A stretch of DNA of 64,000 bases from Comamonas sp. lk (GTDB lineage: Bacteria; Pseudomonadota; Gammaproteobacteria; Burkholderiales; Burkholderiaceae_C): contig CAMATX010000003.1 of the NCBI GenBank assembly GCA_945861345.1, forward strand, positions 2,782 through 66,781, written 5' to 3'. Below, one piece after another: positions 21,308-31,359 of this stretch. The notes beneath the pieces were generated by a model. That model saw only the letters and a list, made by a program, of their open reading frames with translations. It had not been told where the DNA came from and made no database searches. A program made the position numbers and the translations under genes. Position 1 is the first letter of the stretch; the number at the start of each line of letters is the position of its first letter.

Positions 21308-22429
21308 TTAGCCTCGGCCAAACACAAACATGGGCGGGGGCGTGGTGCCTTCGACCTGGTCGATCAGGCGCAGCAGCGGGCCCAGTTCGCGGTAGCGCGC
21401 ACAGGTGGCGCGGATGTAGCCGATAAAGCGCGGCGTATCGGCCAGGTAGCGCGGCTTGCCATCGCGCAGGCTCAGGCGGGCAAAAATACCGGCGATGCGC
21501 AAATGGCGCTGCAAGCCCATCCACTCGGCGCCCCGGTAAAACGCGCCAAAGTCATCGCCCACCGGCAAACCAGCGGCCCGGGCTTTTTGCCAGTAGCGCA
21601 CCAGCACGTCCAGGCAAAAATCTTCGTCCCAGCTGATAAATGCGTCGCGCACCAGGCTGGCGATGTCGTAGGTGATGGGGCCGTAAAGTGCGTCTTGAAA
21701 GTCGAGCACGCCCAGGGGCTGGTCGCGGCCCTTGTCCATCAGGTTGCGTGGCATGAAGTCGCAGTGCACATACACACAAGGCCAGGACAGGTTCTCCTGC
21801 GCAATGGTGTCAAAAGCCTTGTCCAGCACCCGGGTCTGGGCCTCGTCCAGGCTGACTTGGCGGTAGGCGCCCAGGTACCACTGCGAGAACAAGGCCATTT
21901 CGCTGCACAAAAGCGCTTTGTCGTAGAGGGGTAGCACGCCGGGGCGCGAGGCCTGCTGCCAGCGTATCAGGGTATCGACGGCGTCCAGGTAGGCGGCCAG
22001 CGGTGGCGTAGCGCTGGGGTCGATGCGCTGCATCATGGTGTGCGGGCCCAGGTCGGTGAGCAGCAAAAAGCCGTGTTCGGCATCCCAATCGAGCACCTGA
22101 GGGCTGTGCACGCCGGCCTCTTGCATCAGCTTAGCGACCTGCACAAAGGGGGCGCTGTTTTCTTGGTCCGGGGGCGCGTCCATCACGACCAGGCTGGGGG
22201 CGAAGTCCGGGTGTGCGCTGTCCAGGCGCAAATAGCGCCGAAAACTCGCGTCCGCCGAGGCCAGGCGCAGGCTGTGCGGCGCCAGGGCAAAGCGCTCTTG
22301 CAAGCGGGCCAACCAGGCGGCGCACTGCGCCTGGCGGTGGGGATCGGGCCATGGCAGCGGGGAAGTATCAGCGGGCGCAGCAGTCGCAGGGGGCTTGGAG
22401 AGCGCGGGGGGAGGGGTTTGCACGTTCAC
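21308..22429 (-). CDS. Aminoglycoside-phosphotransferase-family kinase, AmgK-like (anomeric MurNAc/GlcNAc kinase)
   Basis: Has DASFRRYLRL...VVMDAPP...GFLLLTDLG...HCDFMPRNLM motifs and is divergent from lptD, as in other proteobacteria. The start is uncertain (GTG at 22429 or 22423). The track N-terminal extension to 22633 would overlap lptD. Confidence 0.72.
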   Translation of the reverse strand: MNVQTPPPALSKPPATAAPADTSPLPWPDPHRQAQCAAWLARLQERFALAPHSLRLASADASFRRYLRLDSAHPDFAPSLVVMDAPPDQENSAPFVQVAKLMQEAGVHSPQVLDWDAEHGFLLLTDLGPHTMMQRIDPSATPPLAAYLDAVDTLIRWQQASRPGVLPLYDKALLCSEMALFSQWYLGAYRQVSLDEAQTRVLDKAFDTIAQENLSWPCVYVHCDFMPRNLMDKGRDQPLGVLDFQDALYGPITYDIASLVRDAFISWDEDFCLDVLVRYWQKARAAGLPVGDDFGAFYRGAEWMGLQRHLRIAGIFARLSLRDGKPRYLADTPRFIGYIRATCARYRELGPLLRLIDQVEGTTPPPMFVFGRG

Positions 22430-22494
22430 AAAGGGATCAGGGGGCTCATGGATAATCCATTGTCCTTCTTTTTGTGTCCCACGCCCTCGCACCC

Positions 22495-24879
22495 ATGCCC
22501 ACCTTTGCGCGCGCCCTGCCCGTGCGGTCCCGCCCTGCATCAGGGTATTGCGCCCCAGCGGGTGCGGGCGCGGCGCTGCTCTGCTTGGGCTTATATGGCG
22601 TGGCACTGGCGCAAGTGGCTGCACCACTCCCAACCCCTGCTGACAAGCGCGTCTACCTGAGCGCCGACCAAATTTATGGCGTGGCCGACCAGCAAACCGT
22701 GCTGCAAGGCAAGGCCGAGATCCGCAAAGCCGACACCCTGGTGCAGGCCGAGCGCATGCGGTACACGCCTGACACCGACTATTTGCTGGCCCAAGGACAG
22801 GTACGCATCGAACGCGGGGGCAATGTGTACGAGGGCGATGAACTGGGTCTGCAGGTGGAACGCTTTAAAGGCTTTTTTACCGCCCCGCGCTACCGCTTTG
22901 GGCAAAACGGCGCGCACGGCGAGGCGCGGCGTGCCGACTTTGCCGACAGCCAGCACATGACGGTCCAAGACGCTACCTACACCACCTGCCGTCGCCTGCC
23001 TGGCCCGGACTGGCTGCCCGATTGGGTGCTCAAGGCCGGCAGCATCAGCATCGACAACGAAGAAGACATTGGTATCGCACAAAGCGCCTACCTGCAATTT
23101 AAGGGCGTGCCCTTGCTGCCGGTGCCGCCGATCAGCTTTCCGCTGTCAGATAAGCGCAAATCGGGCTTGTTGGCGCCCACCATCGGTCTGGGCAATGCCA
23201 ACGGATTTGAGGTGGCGGTGCCGTATTACTGGAACATCGCACCCAACCGCGACCTGACACTCACGCCCACGCTGATGACGGCACGCGGCGTCAACCTGGG
23301 CGCCGAGCTGCGCTACCTGGAGCCGCAGATGGAGGGCAGCACCAAGCTCAGTTACATGCCCAGCGATCGCCTGCGCAGCAGCGACCGCTGGAGCGCTGCC
23401 ATCTTGCACAAAACCAACGTGGCCAGCCCATGGGGCCCGCTGGCGCTGAGCGCCAATATCAACCGCGTGGGAGACGACTATTTTTGGTCGGACTTTGCCA
23501 ACAGCGGCGCCCTGACCAACGGCAGCACCATCGCCGGAGCCACACCGCGCCAATTGCCCGCCGACCTGAGCGCCTCGTGGATGCGCGGGGACTGGTACTC
23601 CAGCTTCAAATACCAAAAGTGGCAAACCCTGCAAGACCCCAGCGAGGCCGCGCCCATGGTGCCGGCCTACGACCGGGTGCCGCAGTGGACGTTGCGCGTG
23701 GCACAAGACAATGTGCGCGGCCTGGACTGGGCGGTGGACACCGACTTCACCCGCTTTGAGGCCGACCGCAGCCTGACCAGACAACCCAATGCACAGCGGG
23801 CTTTTGCCCAGGCGCAGCTGAGCTATCCGCTGGTCTGGCCGGCGTTTTTTGTGACCCCTAAGGTGCAGGCGCACGCCACGGCCTACCAGTTTGATGCGGC
23901 CATCGGCAGCCAATACAGCGCCAACAGCGTGGTGCCCAGCTTCAGCCTGGACAGCGGAATGGTGTTTGAACGCCCGGTGCAATGGGGCAGCACCGAGCTG
24001 CTGCAAACCCTGGAGCCGCGTGCCTTTTATGTGTACACGCCCTACCGCGACCAGCGCGCCCTGCCCAATTACGACACCGCGCTCAATGCCTTTAACTTTG
24101 CGACCATCTTTACTGAAAACGCTTTTGTCGGCCACGACAAAATCTCGGACAACAACCTACTCACCCTGGGATTGACCAGCCGCTTGCTGCGCCAGGACAA
24201 TGGCGCGCAATTGGCCAACTTTGGTGTGGCCCAGCGCCTGCGTTTTGAGGCCCAGCGCGTAACCGCCAACCCCGCCGATGCGCCGGCCGCCGCAGGCGTG
24301 AGCGACATCTTGTTTGGCGCCAACGTCAACCTCGATGAGCGCTGGGCACTCGACGCCACCGTGCAATACAACGGCCGCACCGACGAGTCCGTGCGCTCGG
24401 TGATTGGCGGGCGCTACCACCCGGGCGACTTTCAGCTACTCAATCTGGCCTACCGCTTTCAGCGCTACCCCAGTGACACCATAGACGCCAACGAGCAAGT
24501 CGACCTAAGTTGGCAGTGGCCCATGGCGGCGCTCTGGGGCGGCCATCAAGGCAAGAGCGGCCAGCGCAGCGATAGCAGTGGCCGCTACTACAGCGTCGGG
24601 CGCCTGGCCTACAGCCTGCGCGAGAGCCGCCTGGTCGATACCTTGCTGGGTGTCGAGTACGATGCGGGCTGCTGGATTTCACGCCTTGTTCTGGTGCGCT
24701 CACAGATCAACCAGGACACGGCCAACACCAGTTTGATGTTTCAGCTGGAATTTGTCGGGTTCACGCGCATTGGCATCGACCCTTTGAAGACCCTAACATC
24801 GAGTATTTCGCGCTACCAAAATCTGCGCGACAGCAAGGCCAGCAACAGCGGCCTCAACAATGACAATGGATCACCATGA
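22495..24879 (+). CDS. lptD: LPS-assembly outer-membrane protein LptD
   Basis: About 794 aa with a signal peptide (ALLCLGLYGVALAQ) and LptD/OstA N-terminal and C-terminal barrel sequence. It is followed by surA. The start is 22495 (ATG) or 22474 (GTG). Confidence 0.9.
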   Translation: MPTFARALPVRSRPASGYCAPAGAGAALLCLGLYGVALAQVAAPLPTPADKRVYLSADQIYGVADQQTVLQGKAEIRKADTLVQAERMRYTPDTDYLLAQGQVRIERGGNVYEGDELGLQVERFKGFFTAPRYRFGQNGAHGEARRADFADSQHMTVQDATYTTCRRLPGPDWLPDWVLKAGSISIDNEEDIGIAQSAYLQFKGVPLLPVPPISFPLSDKRKSGLLAPTIGLGNANGFEVAVPYYWNIAPNRDLTLTPTLMTARGVNLGAELRYLEPQMEGSTKLSYMPSDRLRSSDRWSAAILHKTNVASPWGPLALSANINRVGDDYFWSDFANSGALTNGSTIAGATPRQLPADLSASWMRGDWYSSFKYQKWQTLQDPSEAAPMVPAYDRVPQWTLRVAQDNVRGLDWAVDTDFTRFEADRSLTRQPNAQRAFAQAQLSYPLVWPAFFVTPKVQAHATAYQFDAAIGSQYSANSVVPSFSLDSGMVFERPVQWGSTELLQTLEPRAFYVYTPYRDQRALPNYDTALNAFNFATIFTENAFVGHDKISDNNLLTLGLTSRLLRQDNGAQLANFGVAQRLRFEAQRVTANPADAPAAAGVSDILFGANVNLDERWALDATVQYNGRTDESVRSVIGGRYHPGDFQLLNLAYRFQRYPSDTIDANEQVDLSWQWPMAALWGGHQGKSGQRSDSSGRYYSVGRLAYSLRESRLVDTLLGVEYDAGCWISRLVLVRSQINQDTANTSLMFQLEFVGFTRIGIDPLKTLTSSISRYQNLRDSKASNSGLNNDNGSP

Positions 24880-26168
24880 AATTGACGGTTTGGATATTTG
24901 TATTGTTCGCTTTCGTCAGCCCCTGTTCGCTGGCACAAAACGCCAGTGGCGGGGACTATATCGTCGCGCTCATTAACTCAGAACCCCTGACCAACGCGGA
25001 GTTGCAGCAGCAGATGCAGCAAGTTGCCGAGCAACGCGCCCAGCAAGGCATGGCCCCGGTGCCCGAGGCGCAACTGCGCGCCGCAGTGATCCAGCGCATG
25101 GTCAATGACCGCACCCAACTGCAACTGGCCCGCGAAATGGGCATTCGCGCCGATAGCGTCAGCGTCGACCAGGCCGAGACCAATATCGCGGCACAAAACC
25201 AAACCGATGTCCTCCAGTTCCGCCAAAGCCTGGAAAAGCGCGGCATCTCGGTCGCAGCTTTTCGCCAGCAATTGCGCGACCAGATCGTTCTGAGCCGTCT
25301 GCACGAGCGTGAGGTCGAGGCCAAAATCAAGGTCAGCGACGCCGAAGTCGAAGCCGCGCTGGAGGTGCGCATAGCCGCCGCCGCCGACCCGGCCAACCAA
25401 GAGGTCAATTTAGGCCACCTGCTGCTCGCCCTGCCTGATAACCCCAGCGCCGACGCGCTGGCCAAAGCCCAGGCGCTGGCGCAAACCATTTCGGACCGCC
25501 TGAAAAAAGGCGACAGTTTTGAAGCCCTGGTCAAAGAGTTTTCCAGTGCCGAGCGCAGCAAGTCAGGCCAGCTGGGCATGCGCCGCAGCGACCGCTACCC
25601 GCCGCTGTTTATCCAGGCCACGCAGGCCTTGCCCGATGGTGGCGTCGCGGCCTGGGTGCGTTCAGACGCTGGTTTGCATTTGCTGCGGGTGCTGGAGCGG
25701 CGCAACCTGGCCATGGCCGACAAAATCCCGCAGACCCGTGCCCGCCACATCCTGCTGCGCCCCGATGCGGTACTCAGCCCGGTACAAGCGCAGGCCCGGC
25801 TGGCCGAATTGCGCGGCCGTATTTTGGGCGGCAAAGTCACTTTCGAAGCGGCCGCGCGCGATGTATCGCAAGACGGCAGCGCCGCCGACGGTGGCGAATT
25901 GGGCTGGGCCTCGCCCGGCATGTTTGTGCCCGAGTTTGAAGACGCCATGAACCGCCTGGCCCCGGGCGAGATTAGCGCGCCGCTGGCCTCGCGCTTTGGC
26001 GTGCACCTGATCCAGGTGCTGGAGCGGCGCAGCACCGACATGACGCCAGCGCAACTGCGCGAGCGCGAGCGCGACGCCCTGCGCGGCCGCCGCTATGACG
26101 AGAACTTTGTGATCTGGGAGCGCGACGTGCGCGACAAAGCCTTTGTGGAGATGCGCGAGGCGCGCTAA
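24876..26168 (+). CDS. surA: Periplasmic chaperone / PPIase SurA
   Basis: 430 aa with a signal peptide, a SurA N-domain and two parvulin-like domains (GELGW...F). It has a 4-nt overlap with lptD. Confidence 0.9.
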   Translation: MKLTVWIFVLFAFVSPCSLAQNASGGDYIVALINSEPLTNAELQQQMQQVAEQRAQQGMAPVPEAQLRAAVIQRMVNDRTQLQLAREMGIRADSVSVDQAETNIAAQNQTDVLQFRQSLEKRGISVAAFRQQLRDQIVLSRLHEREVEAKIKVSDAEVEAALEVRIAAAADPANQEVNLGHLLLALPDNPSADALAKAQALAQTISDRLKKGDSFEALVKEFSSAERSKSGQLGMRRSDRYPPLFIQATQALPDGGVAAWVRSDAGLHLLRVLERRNLAMADKIPQTRARHILLRPDAVLSPVQAQARLAELRGRILGGKVTFEAAARDVSQDGSAADGGELGWASPGMFVPEFEDAMNRLAPGEISAPLASRFGVHLIQVLERRSTDMTPAQLRERERDALRGRRYDENFVIWERDVRDKAFVEMREAR

Positions 26169-26174
26169 GCCCTT

Positions 26175-26945
26175 GTGCCTATGCACCACCAAGCGCGCAA
26201 ACGCTTCGGCCAGCACTTCCTGACCGATGGCGACATCATCGATGCCATCGTGCAGGCCATCGCCCCGGCGAGCGGCCAAAGCATGGTCGAAATCGGCCCC
26301 GGTCTGGCCGCGCTGACCCAGCCTCTGGTCGAGCGCCTGGGCCGGCTCACCGTCATTGAACTGGACCGCGATCTGGCGCTGCGCTTGCGCCTGCACACGC
26401 AACTAGAGGTTATCGAATCGGACGTGCTGCGCGTGGACTTCGCGCCCCTGTGCGCAGCGGCAGCCGAGCAGGGCGGCTTGCGCATCGTGGGCAACCTGCC
26501 CTACAACATTTCCACGCCCATCTTGTTTCATCTGATGGACTTTGCCGCTGGGGTGCAAGACCAGCACTTCATGCTGCAAAAAGAGGTGGTCCAGCGCATG
26601 GTGGCCCCCGCCGACAGCGCGGACTTCAGCCGCCTGAGCGTGATGCTGCAATGGCGCTACGCCATGGAAAACGTGCTGGACGTACCCCCCGAAAGCTTTG
26701 ATCCGCCCCCGCGTGTGGACAGCGCCATCGTGCGCATGGTGCCGCGCGCCCAGGTGCCGCGGGTGGACGCGGCGCGCTTGAGCACACTGGTGCTAGTGGC
26801 GTTTAGCCAGCGGCGCAAATTGCTGCGCCACACGCTGGGCAAGTACTTGCAAGAACAAGGCTTTGGCGGTGAATTTGACTTGCAACGGCGCGCCCAAGAG
26901 GTGCCAGTGCACGAGTACATTGCGCTGGCGCAACAGCTGCCTTAA
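26175..26945 (+). CDS. rsmA: 16S rRNA (adenine1518/1519-N6)-dimethyltransferase
   Basis: 256 aa with [19 protein letters not shown] and [10 protein letters not shown] motifs. Confidence 0.93.
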   Translation: MPMHHQARKRFGQHFLTDGDIIDAIVQAIAPASGQSMVEIGPGLAALTQPLVERLGRLTVIELDRDLALRLRLHTQLEVIESDVLRVDFAPLCAAAAEQGGLRIVGNLPYNISTPILFHLMDFAAGVQDQHFMLQKEVVQRMVAPADSADFSRLSVMLQWRYAMENVLDVPPESFDPPPRVDSAIVRMVPRAQVPRVDAARLSTLVLVAFSQRRKLLRHTLGKYLQEQGFGGEFDLQRRAQEVPVHEYIALAQQLP

Positions 26946-26963
26946 GCGCGCAGCGAAATACCG

Positions 26964-27824
26964 ATGTCCGAGCGACTGGCGCGCCTGTTTCCCTTTGTGT
27001 TCGTGCTCCTGTGGTCGACTGGGTTTATCGGCGCGCGCCTGGGATTGCCGCACAGCGGGCCATTGACGTTTTTGTTTGTGCGCTATGGCGTGGTCATCGT
27101 ACTGCTGTGGGGCATCGCGCTTGTCAGCCGCGCGCCCTGGCCGCAGCGCCGCATGCATTGGGTGCACATCGGCATAGCGGGTTTGCTTTTGCACGGGGTG
27201 TATTTGGGCGGCGTGTTTGTGGCGATTTCTAAAGGCCTGCCTGCGGGTGTGGCGGCGCTGGTGGTGGGTGTGCAGCCCTTGCTCACCGCCGTGGGTGCCG
27301 GGCTGTTGCTTGGCGAGCGCGTGCTGCGGCGCCAGTGGCTGGGGCTCTTGTTGGGCCTGGGCGGTGTAGCGCTGGTGGTGGCCAACAAACTGGGCACGGG
27401 GTTTGATATCCATGCCCTCATCCCCTGCGCCGTAGCGCTGCTGGCCATTACCTGCGGCACGCTGTACCAAAAACGCTTTTGCCCACGCTTTGACTGGCGC
27501 ACCGGCGCCATCGCCCAGTTTGTGCCAACGCTGGTGGCCACGGGCATTGCTGCGGCGCTCTTTGAGGACCTGCACATCGACTGGGTGCCCGAGATGGTGT
27601 TTGCCATGGGCTGGCTGGTGCTGGTGCTCTCGATCGGTGCGGTCAGCCTGCTCAATTGGCTGATACGCCACAACAACTCGGTCAATGTGGCCAGCCTCTT
27701 TTACCTGGTGCCGCCTTGCACGGCCGTGGTGGCCTGGTTGCTTTTTGGCGAGTCTTTTTCGGGCACCGCCCTCATCGGCATGGCGCTGGCGGTCTGGGGC
27801 GTGTACTGGGCGCGCGGCCAATAA
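26964..27824 (+). CDS. EamA/DMT-family transporter
   Basis: 286 aa with about 10 TM segments and the duplicated EamA architecture. Confidence 0.85.
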   Translation: MSERLARLFPFVFVLLWSTGFIGARLGLPHSGPLTFLFVRYGVVIVLLWGIALVSRAPWPQRRMHWVHIGIAGLLLHGVYLGGVFVAISKGLPAGVAALVVGVQPLLTAVGAGLLLGERVLRRQWLGLLLGLGGVALVVANKLGTGFDIHALIPCAVALLAITCGTLYQKRFCPRFDWRTGAIAQFVPTLVATGIAAALFEDLHIDWVPEMVFAMGWLVLVLSIGAVSLLNWLIRHNNSVNVASLFYLVPPCTAVVAWLLFGESFSGTALIGMALAVWGVYWARGQ

Positions 27825-27868
27825 ATGCCGCCCATAGACGCGGGCAAAGCGCCCGCGCCCGCCCCGCA

Positions 27869-30058
27869 TTAATCCATGAGCTTGCGGCTGAGGTAGACCA
27901 TCTCCAGGCTGACGCGCTTGGCGGTTTCCTTCAGGTTGGCTGCGGCGGCGTGGCCGCCGTCGGTGTTCTCGTAGTAATAAAAGGGCAAGCCCATGGCCTG
28001 CATCTTGGCGGCCATCTTGCGTGCGTGGCCGGGGTGCACGCGGTCGTCTTTGGTGGAGGTCACAAAAAACGGCTCAGGATAGGCCACGCCCGCTTTGATC
28101 TGGTGGTAGGGCGAAAGTTGGGCCAAAAACGCCGCCTCGGCCGGGTCGTCCGGGCTGCCATATTCGGCTACCCAGGAGGCGCCGGCCAGCAGTTTGTGGT
28201 AGCGCAGCATATCGAGCAAGGGCACCTGCACGACCACGGCATTCCACAAGTCCGGGCGCTGCGTCATTTGCACGCCCATGAGCAAACCGCCATTGGAGCC
28301 GCCTTGGATACCCAGACGGCGCGGGCTGGTCACTTTGCGTGCGATCAGGTCCTGGGCGACGGCCACAAAGTCGTCGTAAATCACCTGGCGCTTGGTCTTG
28401 AGGCCGGCTTGGTGCCAGGCCGGGCCAAACTCACCGCCGCCACGAATATTGGCCATCACATACACGCCACCGCGCTCCAACCAGAGCTTGCCGGTCAGCG
28501 CCGAGTAGCCCGGGTTCATAGACACCTGAAAGCCGCCATAGGCATACAAAAGCGTGGGCGCCTGGCCGTCCATCGGCAAGTCTTTGCGACGCACCACAAA
28601 GTAGGGAATGCGCGTGCCATCTTTCGAGATCGCCTCGCGCTGCTCGGTGATCAGGCCCTGCGCGTCAAATCGCGCGGGTGAGGCCTTCACCGCCTCCGTC
28701 TTGCCCGAGGCAGCATCGGCCAGCCACAGCGTGGTGGGCACCAAAAAGCTGGTGGCCGAGACAAACAGCTGCTCGTCCACATCGCTGGCGCTGACCACGC
28801 CCAAACTGGCCGGGCTGGGTAGGTCCAGGCGCTGGCCGCTCCAGCCTTGGGGGCCGTGGGTGAGGGACATCATCTCGCCCACCACATTGGTGCTCAAGCT
28901 CACCATGAGACGGCTGGCCGTGCGGCTTACGCCCTGGATGGACTGGCGCGCGTGCGGCGCAAAAACCAGCTGCACCGCCAGCTTGGCAGGCGTGGCCAGG
29001 GCGGCGGCCAAATCAAAACTCACCAAGGACGATTGGGCAAATGTGGGGCCGCCAGCCACAGGCGTCCAGGCCTCTTGGAGGCTGAAAATAATATGCCCAT
29101 CCAAATAGCCGCGCAAGCTGGACTTGAGCGGCACCGGCAGGCGCACCGGGCCCTTGTCGGTCAGGATGTGAAACTCATGCGCAAAAAACGCCACCGAGCG
29201 CTCGACGTAGGCAGCGACAAAGCGGCCCTGGCTGTCGCGGATGACGCCAGGCCAGTTGCCCACATCTTTTTTATCGCCACGAAACACCTCTTGGGCCTGC
29301 GCCAAGGTCTGGCCCCGGCGCAGGCGCTTGACGATGAAAGGATAGCCCGACTCGGTGACGTCTTCAGGACTCCAGGGGCGGGCTACGAGCAAAGTGTCCT
29401 GGTCTAACCAAGCGGCTTGTTGTTTGGCGGCGGGCAGGGCGAAGCCGCCTTGCACAAAACTTTTGGTCTCGTTGTCGAACTCGCGCATCTGCACCGCGTC
29501 TTTGCCGCCGTCTGACAGGGACACCAGGCACAGGCGCTGCGCCGGTTGCAGGCAACTGGCGCCTTTGTAGACCCAATTGGCCGATTCGGCTTGGGCCAGT
29601 GCGTCAAAGTCGAGCACCGTCTCCCAGCGCGGTGTGGCGCTGCGGTAAGAAGCCAAGTCTGTACGGCGCCAGACACCGCGCACGGCGCTGGCGTCTTGCC
29701 AGAAGTTGTCGATATGGCGGCCACGAAAGCTGGGCATAGGCACCCGGTCGCTCGCCTGCACGATGGCCAAAGCTTGCTGCTGCAAGGGCGCAAAGCGCGG
29801 GTCGGCCTGCAAGACGTCCAGGCTGCGCTGGTTTTCCTTGCCCACCCAGGCCAGGGCCTGCGCGCCTTGCACCTCTTCGAGCCATTGAAAAGGATCGGAA
29901 GCGGAATCAGGCATGGGGCGGGCAATCGTGGTGGTGTTGGGGACAGGGGTTTGGGCCAAGGTCGGCTGGGCGGGCGCCAAAGCGGCCAACAAAGTCAGTA
30001 ATGGCGTTGCGGCAAGGAGCGCTAGGCGGGCGCTTGGAGGGTGGGGGATATTTTTCAT
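27869..30058 (-). CDS. Secreted prolyl oligopeptidase-family serine peptidase (S9)
   Basis: 729 aa with a signal peptide. It has a beta-propeller plus a C-terminal alpha/beta domain carrying the GGSNGGLLMG nucleophile motif. Confidence 0.88.
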   Translation of the reverse strand: MKNIPHPPSARLALLAATPLLTLLAALAPAQPTLAQTPVPNTTTIARPMPDSASDPFQWLEEVQGAQALAWVGKENQRSLDVLQADPRFAPLQQQALAIVQASDRVPMPSFRGRHIDNFWQDASAVRGVWRRTDLASYRSATPRWETVLDFDALAQAESANWVYKGASCLQPAQRLCLVSLSDGGKDAVQMREFDNETKSFVQGGFALPAAKQQAAWLDQDTLLVARPWSPEDVTESGYPFIVKRLRRGQTLAQAQEVFRGDKKDVGNWPGVIRDSQGRFVAAYVERSVAFFAHEFHILTDKGPVRLPVPLKSSLRGYLDGHIIFSLQEAWTPVAGGPTFAQSSLVSFDLAAALATPAKLAVQLVFAPHARQSIQGVSRTASRLMVSLSTNVVGEMMSLTHGPQGWSGQRLDLPSPASLGVVSASDVDEQLFVSATSFLVPTTLWLADAASGKTEAVKASPARFDAQGLITEQREAISKDGTRIPYFVVRRKDLPMDGQAPTLLYAYGGFQVSMNPGYSALTGKLWLERGGVYVMANIRGGGEFGPAWHQAGLKTKRQVIYDDFVAVAQDLIARKVTSPRRLGIQGGSNGGLLMGVQMTQRPDLWNAVVVQVPLLDMLRYHKLLAGASWVAEYGSPDDPAEAAFLAQLSPYHQIKAGVAYPEPFFVTSTKDDRVHPGHARKMAAKMQAMGLPFYYYENTDGGHAAAANLKETAKRVSLEMVYLSRKLMD

Positions 30059-30102
30059 CGGCGGGAGTATGGCATTGGCTTGGCTGCCACTGCGGGGGCG
30101 GC

Positions 30103-30951
30103 TTACATTCCCTTAAACAAACCCGCATAACTACGACTGACCTCCAGCAACTCTTTGCTGCCACGCACCGACACCAACTGGCGCCCGCGCTCGTCGCGTT
30201 GCACGCCGGCGATAGCGCGCACATTGACCAGGGTGCTGCGGTGGATTTGCCAAAAGCGCTGCATGTCCAGCCCATCGACCAGCTCTTTGATGGAGGTGCG
30301 GATCAGCGCCTCCTGGGTGGCGGTTTGGACGCGGGTGTATTTTTCGTCGCTGACAAAAAACAGCACGTCTTCGACCGGAATCATCTGGATGGTGGCGCCC
30401 ACTTTGGCCTGAATCCACTGCAACGGCGCCGGCGCCGTAGCGGGAGAGAGCTGGGCGGCCAGGGAGCGCAGCAGGTCTTGCATGGCGGGGGTGTGGGCGG
30501 GCAGGGGCTGCGCGGGCTCGGCGCTGTGCTGGGCTTGCTCGCGCGCGTCCATGCGCAAGCGCACACGCTGCAAGGCCAGGGCCAAGCGCTCGGGCTCGGC
30601 GGGTTTGAGCAAGTAGTCGACCACGCCGGCCTCAAAGGCCTGCACCGCATACTGGTCGTAGGCCGTTAAAAACACAATTTCGCAGCCCGGCCATTGGCCC
30701 TGGCCACCGGCCTCGTCCCAAGTGGGCAGCTGGGCGATGTGGCGCGCCGCGTCAATGCCGGTCATCACCGGCATGCGAATGTCTAAAAACACCAGGTCGG
30801 GCTGCAGTTCGCGCACCTGCTCCAGCGCCTCCTGGCCGTTGCGCGCCTGGGCCAGCACCTCGATGCGGGCGTCCACCTCGCGCAGCCGGGCGCAGAGCTG
30901 CTCGCGCAGCAGGCGCTCGTCATCGGCCACGATGACGCGCAAGGGCCTCAT
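30103..30951 (-). CDS. LytTR-family two-component response regulator
   Basis: 282 aa with a REC domain (VIVADDE...LDIRMP) and a C-terminal LytTR domain (FFVSDEKYTRV...HRSTLVN). Confidence 0.9.
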   Translation of the reverse strand: MRPLRVIVADDERLLREQLCARLREVDARIEVLAQARNGQEALEQVRELQPDLVFLDIRMPVMTGIDAARHIAQLPTWDEAGGQGQWPGCEIVFLTAYDQYAVQAFEAGVVDYLLKPAEPERLALALQRVRLRMDAREQAQHSAEPAQPLPAHTPAMQDLLRSLAAQLSPATAPAPLQWIQAKVGATIQMIPVEDVLFFVSDEKYTRVQTATQEALIRTSIKELVDGLDMQRFWQIHRSTLVNVRAIAGVQRDERGRQLVSVRGSKELLEVSRSYAGLFKGM

Positions 30952-31331
30952 GGCGCCTCACCGTCTTGTGCGCCGCCGGTGGCCAGGCGCCAAATCAGCC
31001 AGACGATAAACAAAGGCAACACGCCCCACAACACCATGCTGAGCACACCCAGGCCGGCGGCGATCAGGGCAATGACCACCAGCACCACGCCCACCGGGAT
31101 CAGCAAGACCAACAGCGGCAAAACCGCCAACGTAGCCAGCAGCAGCAAGCCCACCAATACAAGCGCGCCAATGGCAATCCAGGCCACGCCGGGTAGCGTG
31201 ACGGCCTGGCCATTGACGCTGAGCATCACATCGGGCTGCCAGTGCAGGCTGCCCAGCAGGGCAGCCGCAATGGCCAACAAAACCACGATAAACAAAAGGC
31301 GGGCGATCCAACGCAAACTGGTGCTGATCAT
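30948..31331 (-). CDS. Small polytopic membrane protein (127 aa), function unknown
   Basis: ATG at 31331 is preceded by GGAG. The sequence is MISTSLRWIARLLFIVVLLAIAAALLG... with about 4 hydrophobic spans. It overlaps the regulator start (ATGA) and sits 29 nt downstream of the kinase stop. Confidence 0.6.
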   Translation of the reverse strand: MISTSLRWIARLLFIVVLLAIAAALLGSLHWQPDVMLSVNGQAVTLPGVAWIAIGALVLVGLLLLATLAVLPLLVLLIPVGVVLVVIALIAAGLGVLSMVLWGVLPLFIVWLIWRLATGGAQDGEAP

Positions 31332-31359
31332 GGCAATGTCTCCGTGGTGGGGGCGCGGC

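Noticed and set aside
27840-27856. GCGGGC-aaagc-GCCCGC hairpin between the convergent EamA and peptidase genes.
   Set aside because: The stem is short and has no flanking T/A runs. It is not reported as a terminator.
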